Notes: generated by a model not told the origin, from the letters alone. 64,000 nucleotides of DNA from an uncultured Candidatus Rokubacteria bacterium (GCA_963826115.1 CAWGVS010000002.1:32001-96000); one strand, 5' to 3'. Shown: positions 38,997 to 50,365, numbered from the stretch's first letter. Numbers and translations are program-made.

Positions 38997-41603
38997 GTGG
39001 CGGACCCGGTGGTCGAGGGCCGCGCCCTGGTGACGGAGGCGATCCGGTCGCTGGCGATCGCCTGCCGGGCCTGGGCGGCCTACCCTTCCGAGCATCCGAA
39101 CGTGACCCAGGCGGTGGGCGCCGCGCAGACGCGCGTCGGCGAGATGCTGGCGGTTCACGGCTCGGTGGCGCTCGGTATCTCGAAGAACCAACTCCGGGTC
39201 GGCGTCTGGACGTTCGAGTCGGCCCAGGCCCGCGGCCTCGCCCAGGCCCTCTACCGGCGCCAGGCGGCGGTCCTGCGCCTCGAGCGCGGCGTCCAGGCGG
39301 ACGAGCTCCGGGCGCTGGTGCAGTGGCTCGCGGGCCCGGCGGTGCCGCTCGAGCCGGGGGCGGCCGCCGCCGGGCCGCCGACGCTCCCCACCGCGCGCCA
39401 CCTCCACCTCCAGCCGCTCGACTACTCCGCCGTCCGGCTGACCGATCGCCTCGGCGAGGCGCAGATCCAGCTGCCCCTCGGCCCGGAGGCCGCCACGGCC
39501 GTCTCGCTGAGCGACCGCCTGCTGAACGTCCTCCTCGAGTGGGCCGTGCCGGCCGAGGCGGACTGGAGCGGTGACGAGCCCGCGAAGCCTGGAACAGTCC
39601 CGGCCGAGATCGCGATGGTCGCGTGGCTCAAGAACTTCCTGGAAGGTCAGAGCGCGCGCGATCGCGGCGAGGCGGCGGACGGCGGCGCGACCGCGGCGGG
39701 CGCCGGCGGCCCCGTCGGTGAGGGCGGCGCGGGTGGCGGCCTGGGCGGGACTGGTAACGGCGCCGGGACGGGCGAGAGCGGCACGGGCCACGGGTCCGGA
39801 GCGGGCGGCGCGGGTGACGGCTCGGGAACCGCGATCGGCGAGGCCGACGCCGCGCCCGGCGCTACCGGACAGGCGGCCGCGACGCTCTTCCCCGACGCGG
39901 GCGTGGGCACGGCGGGCGCACCGGGCCCGGCGGGCGCGGGGATCCCGGCGGCCGCCGGCACGGCCACGGCGCCGGGCAGAGACGCCGGCCCGACGCGGGG
40001 CGCCGGCATCGTGGGGCTCGGGTCAGACACGGGGGCGACCCGCGAGGGCGACGAGGGCATCGACGCGCCGGGCCCGGCGCCCCGGCAGCTCCTCGTGAGG
40101 CTCTCCGAGGCGACGACCGCGCACCTCGAGGCCACCTCGGGGGCGGGCCGCGCGCTCGCCGCCCGGCAGACGGCGCAACTCATCATGCGGCTCCCCGAGG
40201 GGCTCCGCGACAGCCTCATGCGCGCCGCGCTCCGGGTCGTCGCCGCCGATCCGGCCGGGGAGGACGCCCTCCAGGCGTTCACCTCGTCGATGAGCGCCCA
40301 CCCGGTCCTCCGCGTCATGCGCCAGCTAGGGGCCGAGGGCGTGCCGCTCTCGCGCCACGCGCAGCGGCTCGTCGAGCTACTCGCCTCCACGCGGCCCGAC
40401 TCGGAGTCCGACGAGGTGCCGGCCCAAGACCTGGAGACCCTCCGCGCGGAGCTCCTCACGCTGTTCCGCGAGGAGGACATCGACCGCTACAACCCGGAGG
40501 ACCACCTGGCGCTCCTCGCGCGCGCGATGCTGGCGTGGCCCACGCGCACGCCGGTCGAGCTCGGGACGCTCGAGACCCTCGGAGAGCGGGTCGGGACCTT
40601 GACCGAGGACGCGGTCGGCCACCAGCTCGCCGAGACGCTCCTCGACCTCCTCGGCCGCTACGCCGACGACAAGCTCGGCGCGGTCCTCGGCCGGCTCGAG
40701 CAGCTCGTCCAGGGAGCGCTCGCCCGCGGCTCGCTCGACGAGGCCGCCTTCGCCATCGAGGGGATGACGCGACTCGCGGGCGATGAGGCCGTGGCCGAGC
40801 CGACGCGGGTGGCGATGCGGAACCAGCTCGAGCACCTCGCGAGCCCGGAGACCCTGTCGGCACTCGCCGCCTCGCTCGGCGGCACGCCCAGCCCCGGCGC
40901 GGTCCGGCTGGTGCGGCTCCTCGGGCCGGGCGCGATCCGGAGCCTTCTCGACGTGCTGGTCCACGAGAAGGTCCGCGTCCGCCGCCGCCGGGTCTTCGAC
41001 CTCCTGTCCGCCCTCGGGCCCGAGGTGGTCCAGGAGGCCACGCGCTGGCTCACGGATCCGAACTGGTACGTCGTCCGCAACATCATCGCGCTCCTCCGCG
41101 CGGTGGGCGACCGCACGTCCTTGCCCGTGGTGCGACGGCTGACGGGCCACGGCGACCTGCGCGTCCGCCTCGAGGCGCTGCGGAGCCTCCTCGAGCTCGA
41201 CCCCGCCGTCGGGCAAGACTACCTCCTGAGCGCCATCGCCGATCCGGATCCGCGCGCGGCGACGGCGGCGGTGGAGGTGGCGGGCCAGCGCGGCGGGCCC
41301 ACCATGGTGGAGCCACTCCTGGGCGTGCTCGCGCCCTGGGATTTCCGGGGGCAGCGGCGCGCCGTGCGGCTGGCCGCCCTCCAGGCGCTCGGCCGCGTGG
41401 GCCGCCCCGAGGCCTTGCCGCGCCTGGCGCGCTTCTTCCGCGAGCGCTGGGGCCCGTTCCCCGCGGCCACCGAGCGCCGCGCGGCCTTCGAGTCGCTCCA
41501 GGGTTACCCGCCCGACGCGCGAGCCTGGCTCGTGATGCGCGGGCTCCGCTCGCGGGATCCCGAGATCCGCGCGGTGTGCGAGCGCCTCCGGAGTGAGGGA
41601 TGA
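38997..41603 (+). CDS. HEAT-repeat protein with a Gly/Ala-rich insertion
   Basis: N-terminal YPSEHP domain; C-terminal HEAT repeats (WYVVRNII.LL, D.RVR.EAL); low-complexity insertion ~39660-40080. Confidence 0.8.
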   Translation: MADPVVEGRALVTEAIRSLAIACRAWAAYPSEHPNVTQAVGAAQTRVGEMLAVHGSVALGISKNQLRVGVWTFESAQARGLAQALYRRQAAVLRLERGVQADELRALVQWLAGPAVPLEPGAAAAGPPTLPTARHLHLQPLDYSAVRLTDRLGEAQIQLPLGPEAATAVSLSDRLLNVLLEWAVPAEADWSGDEPAKPGTVPAEIAMVAWLKNFLEGQSARDRGEAADGGATAAGAGGPVGEGGAGGGLGGTGNGAGTGESGTGHGSGAGGAGDGSGTAIGEADAAPGATGQAAATLFPDAGVGTAGAPGPAGAGIPAAAGTATAPGRDAGPTRGAGIVGLGSDTGATREGDEGIDAPGPAPRQLLVRLSEATTAHLEATSGAGRALAARQTAQLIMRLPEGLRDSLMRAALRVVAADPAGEDALQAFTSSMSAHPVLRVMRQLGAEGVPLSRHAQRLVELLASTRPDSESDEVPAQDLETLRAELLTLFREEDIDRYNPEDHLALLARAMLAWPTRTPVELGTLETLGERVGTLTEDAVGHQLAETLLDLLGRYADDKLGAVLGRLEQLVQGALARGSLDEAAFAIEGMTRLAGDEAVAEPTRVAMRNQLEHLASPETLSALAASLGGTPSPGAVRLVRLLGPGAIRSLLDVLVHEKVRVRRRRVFDLLSALGPEVVQEATRWLTDPNWYVVRNIIALLRAVGDRTSLPVVRRLTGHGDLRVRLEALRSLLELDPAVGQDYLLSAIADPDPRAATAAVEVAGQRGGPTMVEPLLGVLAPWDFRGQRRAVRLAALQALGRVGRPEALPRLARFFRERWGPFPAATERRAAFESLQGYPPDARAWLVMRGLRSRDPEIRAVCERLRSEG

Positions 41604-42784
41604 CCGGCCCGGCCGGTGGCCCGCCGCCGCGGCCGATGGAGGCGCCGGCGTCCGCCGCCCAGGCGACCGTCGAGCGGCTCATCGCCCAGGTGGCGGGCGC
41701 GCTGACGACGAGCGCGCTCTATCCGCCGGCCCACCCCGCGGTCGGGGTCGCGCTCGCGCAGCTCCGGGACGGCGTCGTGGCGGCGTGCGACGAGCGGCGG
41801 CAGGACGCGCTCACCTTCCTCCGCCTGGACGACGAGATCGTGGTGGACGGGCGGCCCCTCCGGACCGGCGCCCTCTACCTCCAGCCGTTCATCCGCGCGC
41901 TCCGGCGGAGCGACGTGGCGCGCCTCACGCTCGCGCGCGACGTGGACCCGGAGGAGTGCCGGGACCTCGTCGACGCGCTCGCAGCCGGCCGCCGCCCCGA
42001 GTCGACCGCCCACGTCGTGGTCGGCCAGGTCGAGATCGCCTCGCCGGGCAGCGCGCCCGGCGAGCCGCCGCCCCCGGGCGCGCGGCGCGGGGGCGGCGGG
42101 GGCGGTGGCGTCTCGGGCCAGCACGTCGAGCTCGCGCGGGACGTCTTCGCGCGCATCCGGCACGAGGGCGTGACGGGGCTCGACCCCGTGGAGGAGCTGG
42201 TCTGGGGGCTCGCGGACGCGGTCGCGCGCTCGACCCAGGCCGTGCTTCCCACCGTCCCGCTGAAGTCGCACGACGAGTACACGTTCGTCCACTCGGTCAA
42301 CGTGTCGCTCCTGGTCCTGGCCCAGGCCCGCGGCTTCGGGTTCGACGGGCCGCTCCTCCACGCGATCGGCGTCGCGGCGCTCCTCCACGACGTGGGCAAG
42401 CTCCGCGTTCCGCTCGACGTCCTGAACAAGGCCGGGAAGCTCTCCGGCGACGAGTGGACGACGATGGCGAGCCACGCGGAGCTGGGCGCGTGGGAGCTCG
42501 GCGCCCTCGCGAACAGCGCGCCGCTCTCGATCCTGGTCGCCTTCGAGCACCACCTCCGCTACGACGGCGAGCCCAACTACCCGGCGGTGCGCGTCGCGCG
42601 GGCGCCGAGCCTCGCGAGCCAGCTGACGGCGATCGCCGACGTCTACGACGCCATCTGCACGGTTCGGCCGTACCGCCGCGCGCTCTCCCAGGCCGCCGCG
42701 CTGGACGTGCTCCGGGGGCGCGCCGGCACGTTCCACGATCCGTACCTGGTCGGCCAGTTCTGCCAGCTGGTCACGACCGGGTAG
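41600..42784 (+). CDS. HD-GYP-type phosphodiesterase
   Basis: HDEYTFVHSVNV, LLHDVGK, EHHLRYDGEPNYP, IADVYDA...RPYR; ATGA overlap with the HEAT gene. Confidence 0.9.
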   Translation: MTGPAGGPPPRPMEAPASAAQATVERLIAQVAGALTTSALYPPAHPAVGVALAQLRDGVVAACDERRQDALTFLRLDDEIVVDGRPLRTGALYLQPFIRALRRSDVARLTLARDVDPEECRDLVDALAAGRRPESTAHVVVGQVEIASPGSAPGEPPPPGARRGGGGGGGVSGQHVELARDVFARIRHEGVTGLDPVEELVWGLADAVARSTQAVLPTVPLKSHDEYTFVHSVNVSLLVLAQARGFGFDGPLLHAIGVAALLHDVGKLRVPLDVLNKAGKLSGDEWTTMASHAELGAWELGALANSAPLSILVAFEHHLRYDGEPNYPAVRVARAPSLASQLTAIADVYDAICTVRPYRRALSQAAALDVLRGRAGTFHDPYLVGQFCQLVTTG

Positions 42785-42816
42785 CGCCGCTCCGCCCGAG
42801 GCGCCCGGACTCCCCG

Positions 42817-45800
42817 ATGCAGTGCCCGCGGTGCCGTCACGAGAACCCGCCGCCCGCGAAGTTCTGCCAGGAGTGCGGGCAGCGGCTCCCCGCCGCCTGC
42901 CCGGCGTGCGGCGCGCCGCTCCCGGAGTCGGCGAAGTTCTGCCCGGAGTGCGGCCACCCGGTCGGGGCCGCCTCGGCGCCGGCCCCGGCGGCCGCGCCAG
43001 CGCCGGTCGCGCCGGCGGCGCGGACACCCGCCGCCTACACGCCGCGCCACCTCGCCGAGCGGATCCTCACCACCCGGAGCGCGCTGGAGGGCGAGCGGAA
43101 GCCCGTCACGGTGCTCTTCTGCGACCTCGTCGGGTCCACCGCGCTCGCCGAGCGGCTCGGGGCGGAGGGGATGCACGTCCTCGTGAGCGCGTTCTTCGAG
43201 ACCGCGCTCGCCGAGGTCCATCGCTACGAGGGCACCGTCAACCAGTTTCTCGGCGACGGCTTCATGGCGCTCTTCGGCGCGCCCCTCGCCCACGAGGACC
43301 ACGCGCGGCGCGCCGCCCTTGCCGCGCTCGGCGTCGCCCGCGCGCTCCGCGACCGGCCGATCGCCGTGGCCCCGGGCGCCGACGTCGCCCTCACGGTCCG
43401 CATGGGCCTCCACACCGGCTTCGTGATCGTCGGCGCGATCGGCGACAACCTGCGGATGGACTACACCGCCATCGGCGACACGACGCACCTCGCCGCGCGC
43501 CTCCAGCAGCTCGCCGAACCGGGCGCGATCCTCGCGAGCGAGGCCACGTGGCGCCAGGTCGAGGGCTACGTCCGCGGGGAGCGGGTCGGGCCCGCCCAGG
43601 TCAAGGGCCGCACCGAGCCCGTCGTCGTCTTCCGGCTCCTCGGCGTGGGGCCGCGCCGCTCGCCGCTCGAGGGGCTCGGCCCTCGAGGGCTCAGCCACTT
43701 CGTCGGCCGCGAGCGCGAGCTCGAGACCTTGCGCGATCTCTTCGCCCTCGCCGAGGAGGGGCGCGGGCAGGCCGTCGGCATCGTCGGGGAGCCGGGCGTC
43801 GGCAAGTCGCGCCTCCTCCTCGAGTTTCGCCGGGGCCTCGCGGGGCGCCGCGTCACCTACCTTCAAGGCCGGTGCCTCTCGTACGGGGCGGCCATCCCGT
43901 ACGTGCCCGTCATCGACGTCGTGCGGGCGAACTGCGGGATCGCCGAGACCGACGGGCCGGACGCGGTCGCCGAGAAGCTCCGCTTCGGGATCCAGGAGAT
44001 CGGCATGGACCCGGGCGCCGCGGCGCCGTACCTCCTCCGGCTCCTGGGCGGCCGGGATCCGAGCGGCGCGCTCGATGGGCTCTCGCCCGAGGTGATCAAG
44101 ACCCGGACGTTCGACGCCCTCCGGCAGATGTCGCTCCACGGGAGCCGCCGGCGCCCACTCGTGCTGGAGATCGAGGACCTCCACTGGGTGGACCGGACGT
44201 CGGAGGAGTACCTCACGTTCCTGGCCGAGAGCCTGGCGGGCGCGCCGGTCTTGCTGATCGCGACCTACCGGCCCGGGTACCGGCCGCCCTGGAGCGACCG
44301 GTCGTTCGCGACCCAGCTCTCCCTCCGGCCCCTGGCCGGGGACGAGAGCCGGTCGATCGTCCGCTCGCTGCTCCCTGCCGGCGACGCCGGCGCCTTCCCT
44401 GGAGCAGCTGATCCTCGACAAGGCCGAGGGCAATCCCTTCTTTCTCGAAGAGCTGACGCGTGCCGTCGGCGAGCAGGGCCTCGGGGCGGGCCTCCCCGTC
44501 CCCGACACCGTCCACGGCGTCCTCACCGCGCGCATCGACCGGCTCGCCGAGGACGACAAGCGCGCGCTCCAGACCGCCTCGGTGCTCGGCCGCGAGTTCA
44601 CGCCGGCCCTCCTCGCCGCCATCTGGGACGGGCCCGGTCCCGTCGAGCCACGCCTCCGCGAGCTCGCGCGGCTCGAGTTCCTGTTCGTGCGGCCGGCCGG
44701 CGACGAGGTCGTGTACGCGTTCAAGCACGCGCTCACCCAGGACGTGGCGGAGGCGACGCTCCTGCCGTCGCGGCGGCGCGAGCTCCACCACAAGGCCGGC
44801 GACGCGCTCGAGCGCCTGAATCCCGAGCGCCTCGACGAGCTCGCGCCGCGGCTCGCCCACCACTACGGCGAGGCGGAGGCGTGGGCCCCGGCCGCGCGGC
44901 ACGCGCTCGCGGCGGCCGAGGCGGCCCGCGCCGTGTTCGCGAACCGGGAGGCGCTCGTCCGCTACGACCTGGCCATCCTCGCCGCCGACCGCGCCGAGCT
45001 CCCGCCGGCCGAGCGGCTCCGGCCGCGAGAGGGGCGCGCGGACGTCCACGCCGTCCTCGGCGACTTCGAGCGCGCCCGCGCGGACTACGAGGCGGCCCTC
45101 GGGCTCGCAAGCGCGGTGGCGGACCCCCTCGCAGAGGCGCGCATCCTCGGCACGCTCGCGGCGCTCTGGGGCGGCCACAAGGACTACGACCGGGGCCTCG
45201 CGCTGAGCCGCGAGGCGGTCCGCGTGGCGGAGCGCGCGGGCGACACCGCCGAGGCGCGGCGAGTCTCCGCCGAGACGCGGCTCCGCGTCGGCCTGATGGA
45301 GCTGAACCTCGCGCGGATGACCGCGAGCCGGCAGGACCTCGGTCGCGCCCTCGCGCTCTTCCGCGAGCTCGACGACGTGGGCGGCGAGGCGCGGGCGCTC
45401 GACGCCCTCTCGATGGCGCACCTCGTCTCGGGAGACCTCGACGGCGCCATCGGGCACGGGCAGGAGGCGATCCCGCGCCTGGTCCAGGTCGGCGACCGGA
45501 ACACCGAGGCCTCCTGCCGCGCGAACCTCGCCTGGTCCCTCCTCTACCGCGGGCGCCGAACGGAGGGCGAGCCGAGCATCGCCCAGGCCCTCGAGCTGGC
45601 CCGGGCGATCGGCGCGCGGGCGATGGAGACCTACGTCCACGCGTCGGCGGGCGGGCTGGTCGAGGCGTACGGCGAGTGGGGCCGGTCCTTCAGCGAGTCC
45701 GAGACGGCGCTGGCGATCGCCCGGGAGCTCGGCCACCGCGAGTGGACCGCCGCGGCCCTCTCGGCGCTCGGGCGCGTGCGCCGGAACTGCGGCGACACGG

Positions 45801-46399
45801 CCGGCGCCCGGGCCGGCCACGAGGAGATGCTCGGTATCGCGCGCGAGCTCGGTAGCCCGCTCTGGATCGCGGACGCGCTGAGCGAGCTGGGACACGACCT
45901 CGTGGCCGCGGGCGAGCTCGGCGAGGGCGAGCGCCGGCTCGCCGAGGCGATCGACGCCGCGCGCGAGGCCCTCCAGTTCACGGTGCGCCCCAGGATCGCC
46001 CTGATGGAGCTCGCACTGCGAACCGGGCGGCCGGGCGATGCGCTCGACCAGTGGGCGAGGCTCCCGCCCAGCGCCGCCCAGTTCGCCGTGTACGCGCTCG
46101 ACGCGCGACGCGTGGAGGCCGAGGCCCTCGCGGCCCTCGGGCGCTGCGACGAGGTCGAGGCGCGCCTCCGGGCGGTCCGGGCCGACGCCGCGACGCTCGG
46201 CGGCATCCCCGCCGGCTGGCGCGCGAGCCTCGCGCTGGCGCGCCTCCTCGAGGCCGCCGGTCGCGGGGACGAGGCGCAGGCCGCGCGCGCCGACGCCCGC
46301 CGCGGGCTCGAGAGGGTGGCGGCCGGGCTCACGGGCGCGCCCGACCTCCTCCGCGGGTTCAAGGCATCGGCCCCGTACCGGGAGGCCTTCGGCAGCTAG
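42817..46399 (+). CDS. double zinc ribbon + class III adenylate/guanylate cyclase + STAND AAA ATPase + TPR; frameshift near 44397
   Basis: CPRC..N....KFCQECG, VLFCDLVGST, QFLGDG, GDTTHLAARLQ, GEPGVGKSRL, IEDLHW, GNPFFLEEL (shifted frame), FKHALTQDVA, TPR-like helices. Confidence 0.88.
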
Positions 46400-46425
46400 C
46401 CCGCCGCCGGCGGTCGGCGCCGGCG

Positions 46426-47583
46426 CTACGCGGCGCGGCGAATCGCGGGCCGCGGCCACCGCCCGAGCGCGAGCGGAACGCAGGCGAGACACGCGAGGCC
46501 GAGCGTCACGTACAGGATCGCCGGCGACGACACCGAGAGGACCGAGGTCGCGAGGACGGGGCCGATGAAGGACCCGCCGATGCGCGCCGAGTTGATGATG
46601 CCGATCGCGCCCCCGCTCCCCCGCTGCGCGGTCCGCGCGACCACCAGGGGGAAGATCGGCGCCGCGAACAGGACCTGGAGGAACCGCACGGCCGCGAACC
46701 CCCAGGCGCTCTGCGGGAGCGCCATCGCGGCCATCAGGAGCCCCGAGGAGACGAGCAGCGCCGCGATCAGCGTCGATTCCGGCAGGAGCGCCGCCAGGCG
46801 CGGCGTCGCCAGCGCGCCGAGGCCGGCGGCCACGGCCGACACGAAGACGAGGAGGCCGCCCACCTCCACGACGCGGTCGGGCGCGACGCCCAGGCGCGGG
46901 AGGATCTCGGGCAGCACGGCCGTCAGGAAGAAGAGCTGGTTCGAGACCGCCAGGACGAGCGCCACCGGGAGGACGAGGTCGCGGACGCGCACCGGCGAGG
47001 TCTCGAGCCGCGGGCGCTGGAGGTGAGGCGGGAGCCGCACCCCCCACTGCACGAACGCCGCCGATCCGAGGAGGATCACGCCGCCCAGCACGAACGACGG
47101 CCGGAACCCGACGCGCGCCGCGGCCGCCGCGCCGCCGAGTGGCCCCAGCACCTGCCCCATGGTCATCGCGAGCTGGACCGCCGCCACCTCGCGGCGCACC
47201 TCCCCGGGGTCGGTCCGCCGGCTCGCGATGATGAAGGCGAGCGTCGACGCCGCCCCCATCGCACCCAGGATCAGGCGGGCGACGAAGAGCTGCGGCAGCG
47301 TGTGGGCGATCGCCATCCCCATGAAGGCCAGGCCCTGGAAGACCTGCACCAGGGTGTACTGCTGGCGCGGATCGCCGCGCTCGCCCACCCGGCCCCAGGC
47401 CGGGCTCGTCAAGACCGTCACGAGCGAGGAGATACCGAGGATCCAGCCGGCCCAGCGGAGCGTGGTCCCGGGGTCGTAGGTGGTGATCGACTGGATGTAG
47501 AAGGGCAGGCTGATGAAGGCGAACGACCACGCGAAGCTCCCGAGGAACATCGAGATCGTGAGGGGGCCGGCGATCCGGGGCAT
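46426..47583 (-). CDS. MFS transporter
   Basis: About 12 hydrophobic segments; SPAWGRVGER, RLILG, GPLGG motifs. Confidence 0.85.
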   Translation of the reverse strand: MPRIAGPLTISMFLGSFAWSFAFISLPFYIQSITTYDPGTTLRWAGWILGISSLVTVLTSPAWGRVGERGDPRQQYTLVQVFQGLAFMGMAIAHTLPQLFVARLILGAMGAASTLAFIIASRRTDPGEVRREVAAVQLAMTMGQVLGPLGGAAAAARVGFRPSFVLGGVILLGSAAFVQWGVRLPPHLQRPRLETSPVRVRDLVLPVALVLAVSNQLFFLTAVLPEILPRLGVAPDRVVEVGGLLVFVSAVAAGLGALATPRLAALLPESTLIAALLVSSGLLMAAMALPQSAWGFAAVRFLQVLFAAPIFPLVVARTAQRGSGGAIGIINSARIGGSFIGPVLATSVLSVSSPAILYVTLGLACLACVPLALGRWPRPAIRRAA

Positions 47584-47637
47584 GCGGGGCCTCGCGCTAC
47601 GGAACGGGCGCCCGGCGGGCGGCTCGGCCGCGGCGGC

Positions 47638-48918
47638 TCAATCGCGGAGGAGCAGGCGCGGGCCCACCAGCGTGAGCCATGGCCAGTAGGTCACCACCCC
47701 CAGCATCAGGACCATGACGGCCAGGTACGGCCAGAGCGGCCGCAGGACGCGCGAGAGGGGCTCGCGGGAGATGGAGCACGCGACGAAGAGGCACGTCCCC
47801 ACCGGCGGCGTCACGTAGCCGATACCGAGGTTCGCCAGGAGGATGATCCCGAAGTGGACCACGTCGATCCCGAACCGCTCCGCCATCGGCAAGAGGATCG
47901 GCACCAGGATCACCAGGAGGGCCGTCGCGTTCAGGAAGCAGCCGCCGATCAGGAACAGGACGTTCACCAGCACGAGGAACACCCAGGGGCTCGGCGAGAG
48001 CGCGAGGATCAGGCTCGCCAGGGTCGCCGGGACGCGGTGCACGGTGAGCACCCACGCGAAGAGACCGGCCAGCCCGAGGAGGAGGCTCACGATCCCGGTC
48101 GTGACGGCCGACTCGGTCAGGAGCCGCGGCATGTCCCGCCATCCGAGCTCGCGGTAGTAGAAGAGCGCCACCGCGAGGCCATAGAGGACCGCCACCGCGG
48201 CCGACTCGGTGGCGGTGAAGATGCCGCCGAAGATGCCGCCGAGGATGATCACCGGCATGATCAGCGCCGGAAGCGCCTCCAGTACGGCGCGCCGGATTTC
48301 GGCGGCGGTTGCCCGCGGCTCGGTCGGGAGCCCGTGGCGGCGGGCATAGATCCACGTGTAGAGCATGAGCGCCGCCGCCGTGGCCAAGCACGGGAGGAAG
48401 CCGGCGGCGAAGATCGCGGCCACCGAAGCGTTCGCGAGCCAGCCGTAGATCACGCCGGTGATGCTGGGCGGGATCAGGACCGCCATGCCGCCCGCCACCG
48501 CGACGATGGCCGTGGCGAACGGCGCCGGGTAGCCGAGGCGGATCATCGCCGGGATCGTCACGGAGCCGATGGCGGCCGCGTCGGCGGCCGACGAGCCCGA
48601 GACCTCCGAGAAGAAGATCGTCGCGACGATCACGACCAGACCGAGGCCCCCGGGCAGGTGGCGCACGAGGACGTTGGCGAGGTTCACGAGCCGCCGGCCC
48701 ACCCCGCCCGTCTCGAGGAACGCGCCGGCCAGGACGAAGAGCGGCACGGCCAGCACCGGGAACGAGTCGAGCGACGTGAAGATCTTCTGCGGGAGGACCA
48801 GGAGCGGCGTGCGCCCGTCGACGACCGTCGTCACCAGCGCGGCGAGCCCCAGCGAGAAGGAGACGGGGGCGTTCAGGAGGAGGAGCGCGCCGAAGACCCC
48901 GAACAGGAGCGCCGTCAC
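47638..48918 (-). CDS. dctM: TRAP transporter large permease
   Basis: SFPVLAVPLFVLAG, SGSSAADAAAIG, LIPPS, FTATE, TPPVG. Confidence 0.92.
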   Translation of the reverse strand: MTALLFGVFGALLLLNAPVSFSLGLAALVTTVVDGRTPLLVLPQKIFTSLDSFPVLAVPLFVLAGAFLETGGVGRRLVNLANVLVRHLPGGLGLVVIVATIFFSEVSGSSAADAAAIGSVTIPAMIRLGYPAPFATAIVAVAGGMAVLIPPSITGVIYGWLANASVAAIFAAGFLPCLATAAALMLYTWIYARRHGLPTEPRATAAEIRRAVLEALPALIMPVIILGGIFGGIFTATESAAVAVLYGLAVALFYYRELGWRDMPRLLTESAVTTGIVSLLLGLAGLFAWVLTVHRVPATLASLILALSPSPWVFLVLVNVLFLIGGCFLNATALLVILVPILLPMAERFGIDVVHFGIILLANLGIGYVTPPVGTCLFVACSISREPLSRVLRPLWPYLAVMVLMLGVVTYWPWLTLVGPRLLLRD

Positions 48919-49379
48919 GGGGAGGCGGTCCCGCGGCAGCGCCGGCGCGCGCTGGCGGCGAGACTCCATGCCATCAGCAGGGCGGCCACCGGGATCGCCG
49001 CATAGGGCCAGGTCATGGGGATCTCGAGGGCCGCCGACGGCTGCTCGCGGACGCGCCATGCGAGCGACGCGCCGTGCCAGGCGAGGAGGGCGGCGAAGGC
49101 GGCGCACAGGAGGTCGATGCCCGCCGCGAGCCGGCGCGCGACGCCCCCCGGGAAGCGGGTCGTCAGGAGATCGAGCGAGAAGTGCACGCCGCGGTCGACC
49201 CCGAGGGCGGCCCCGAGGAGCGCCACCCACACGAACAGGTAGCGCGCGGCTTCCTCGGGCCAGGCCGCCGGATGCTGGAAGACGTAGCGCGTCAGGACCT
49301 GGAAAGCGACCACGCCGGTGATCGCCGCCATCAGGCCGGCCGACACCAACTCGACCAGCCGGCGGACGGCCGGCGTCAC
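48915..49379 (-). CDS. dctQ: TRAP transporter small permease
   Basis: QVLTRYVF....WPEE.ARYLFVW...LGA......HF..D. Confidence 0.9.
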   Translation of the reverse strand: MTPAVRRLVELVSAGLMAAITGVVAFQVLTRYVFQHPAAWPEEAARYLFVWVALLGAALGVDRGVHFSLDLLTTRFPGGVARRLAAGIDLLCAAFAALLAWHGASLAWRVREQPSAALEIPMTWPYAAIPVAALLMAWSLAASARRRCRGTASP

Positions 49380-50365
49380 CGGAGCGCCTGGATCTGCCGG
49401 ATCTTCTCGAGCCCGATGCCCTTGCCGTACTGCTCGTAGACGGCCTGCACGGCCTTCTGGTAGGGACCGAGGTCGTCGGGCACCACCACGGTCCGTCCCT
49501 TGGCCCGGAGCTCGGTGAGGTTGCGGTTCTCCTCTTCCTCGTTGATCTGCCGCTCGAACACGAGCGAGTCACGGAACGCCTGCTCGAGCGGCCCACGGAC
49601 GTCAGCCGGCAGCGCCTGCCATCGGGACTCCGCGATCCCCACGACCACGACCGTGATCAGGTACCGGATGTGGAGGACGTGGGGCGCGACCTCGTCGAGC
49701 TTCGAGGTCCGGTACGTCACGATGTTCCCCTCGCCCGCGTCGACGACGCCCGACTGGAGCGCCGAGTACACCTCCGGGAACGGGATGGGCGTCGGGATCG
49801 ATCCCAGCGCGCGCCAGGTCGCGGTGACGATCGGGGCCTCGAGCGTCCGGACCTTCAGCCCCTTCAGGTCGTCCATGCCGCGGAGGGGCTTCCGCGCGTA
49901 CACGCCGCGCGTCCCTCCGGTGTAGAAACCGAGGACGCGGATGCCCTTCTTCAGCGCGGCCGCCCGCATCTCGGCGCCGCCCGGGCCGTCGAGGTAAGCA
50001 TGGAGGTGGGCGAAGTCGCGGAAGAGGAACGGGAGGTCCAGCACCTCCAGCTCCTTGACGACCCGGCTCGCGACCGCGGCCGTGGGCATCGCCATCTCGA
50101 CGGTGCCCACCTGCATCCCCTCGACCATCTCACGCGACCCGCCGAGCTGGGCCGAGGGGAACACCTGGACGTCGAGCCGGCCGTTCGTCAGCTCGCTGGC
50201 TCGCTTGCTCATCACCTCCGCCGCCCGCGTGTAGGGATGCCGCGGGTCGACCTCGAGCGCGTAGCGGAGCGTGACCTTGTCCTGCGCCGTCACGCGCGTC
50301 GCCGCGGCGCCGGTCGCGCAGAGCGTCACGAGGGCGAGAAGCGCGAGCCGCCAATCGGGTCTCAT
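49376..50365 (-). CDS. dctP: TRAP transporter substrate-binding protein
   Basis: Signal peptide, VFPSAQLG, DLPFLF, DLKGLKVR, EVYSALQSGVVDA.E. Confidence 0.92.
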   Translation of the reverse strand: MRPDWRLALLALVTLCATGAAATRVTAQDKVTLRYALEVDPRHPYTRAAEVMSKRASELTNGRLDVQVFPSAQLGGSREMVEGMQVGTVEMAMPTAAVASRVVKELEVLDLPFLFRDFAHLHAYLDGPGGAEMRAAALKKGIRVLGFYTGGTRGVYARKPLRGMDDLKGLKVRTLEAPIVTATWRALGSIPTPIPFPEVYSALQSGVVDAGEGNIVTYRTSKLDEVAPHVLHIRYLITVVVVGIAESRWQALPADVRGPLEQAFRDSLVFERQINEEEENRNLTELRAKGRTVVVPDDLGPYQKAVQAVYEQYGKGIGLEKIRQIQALR

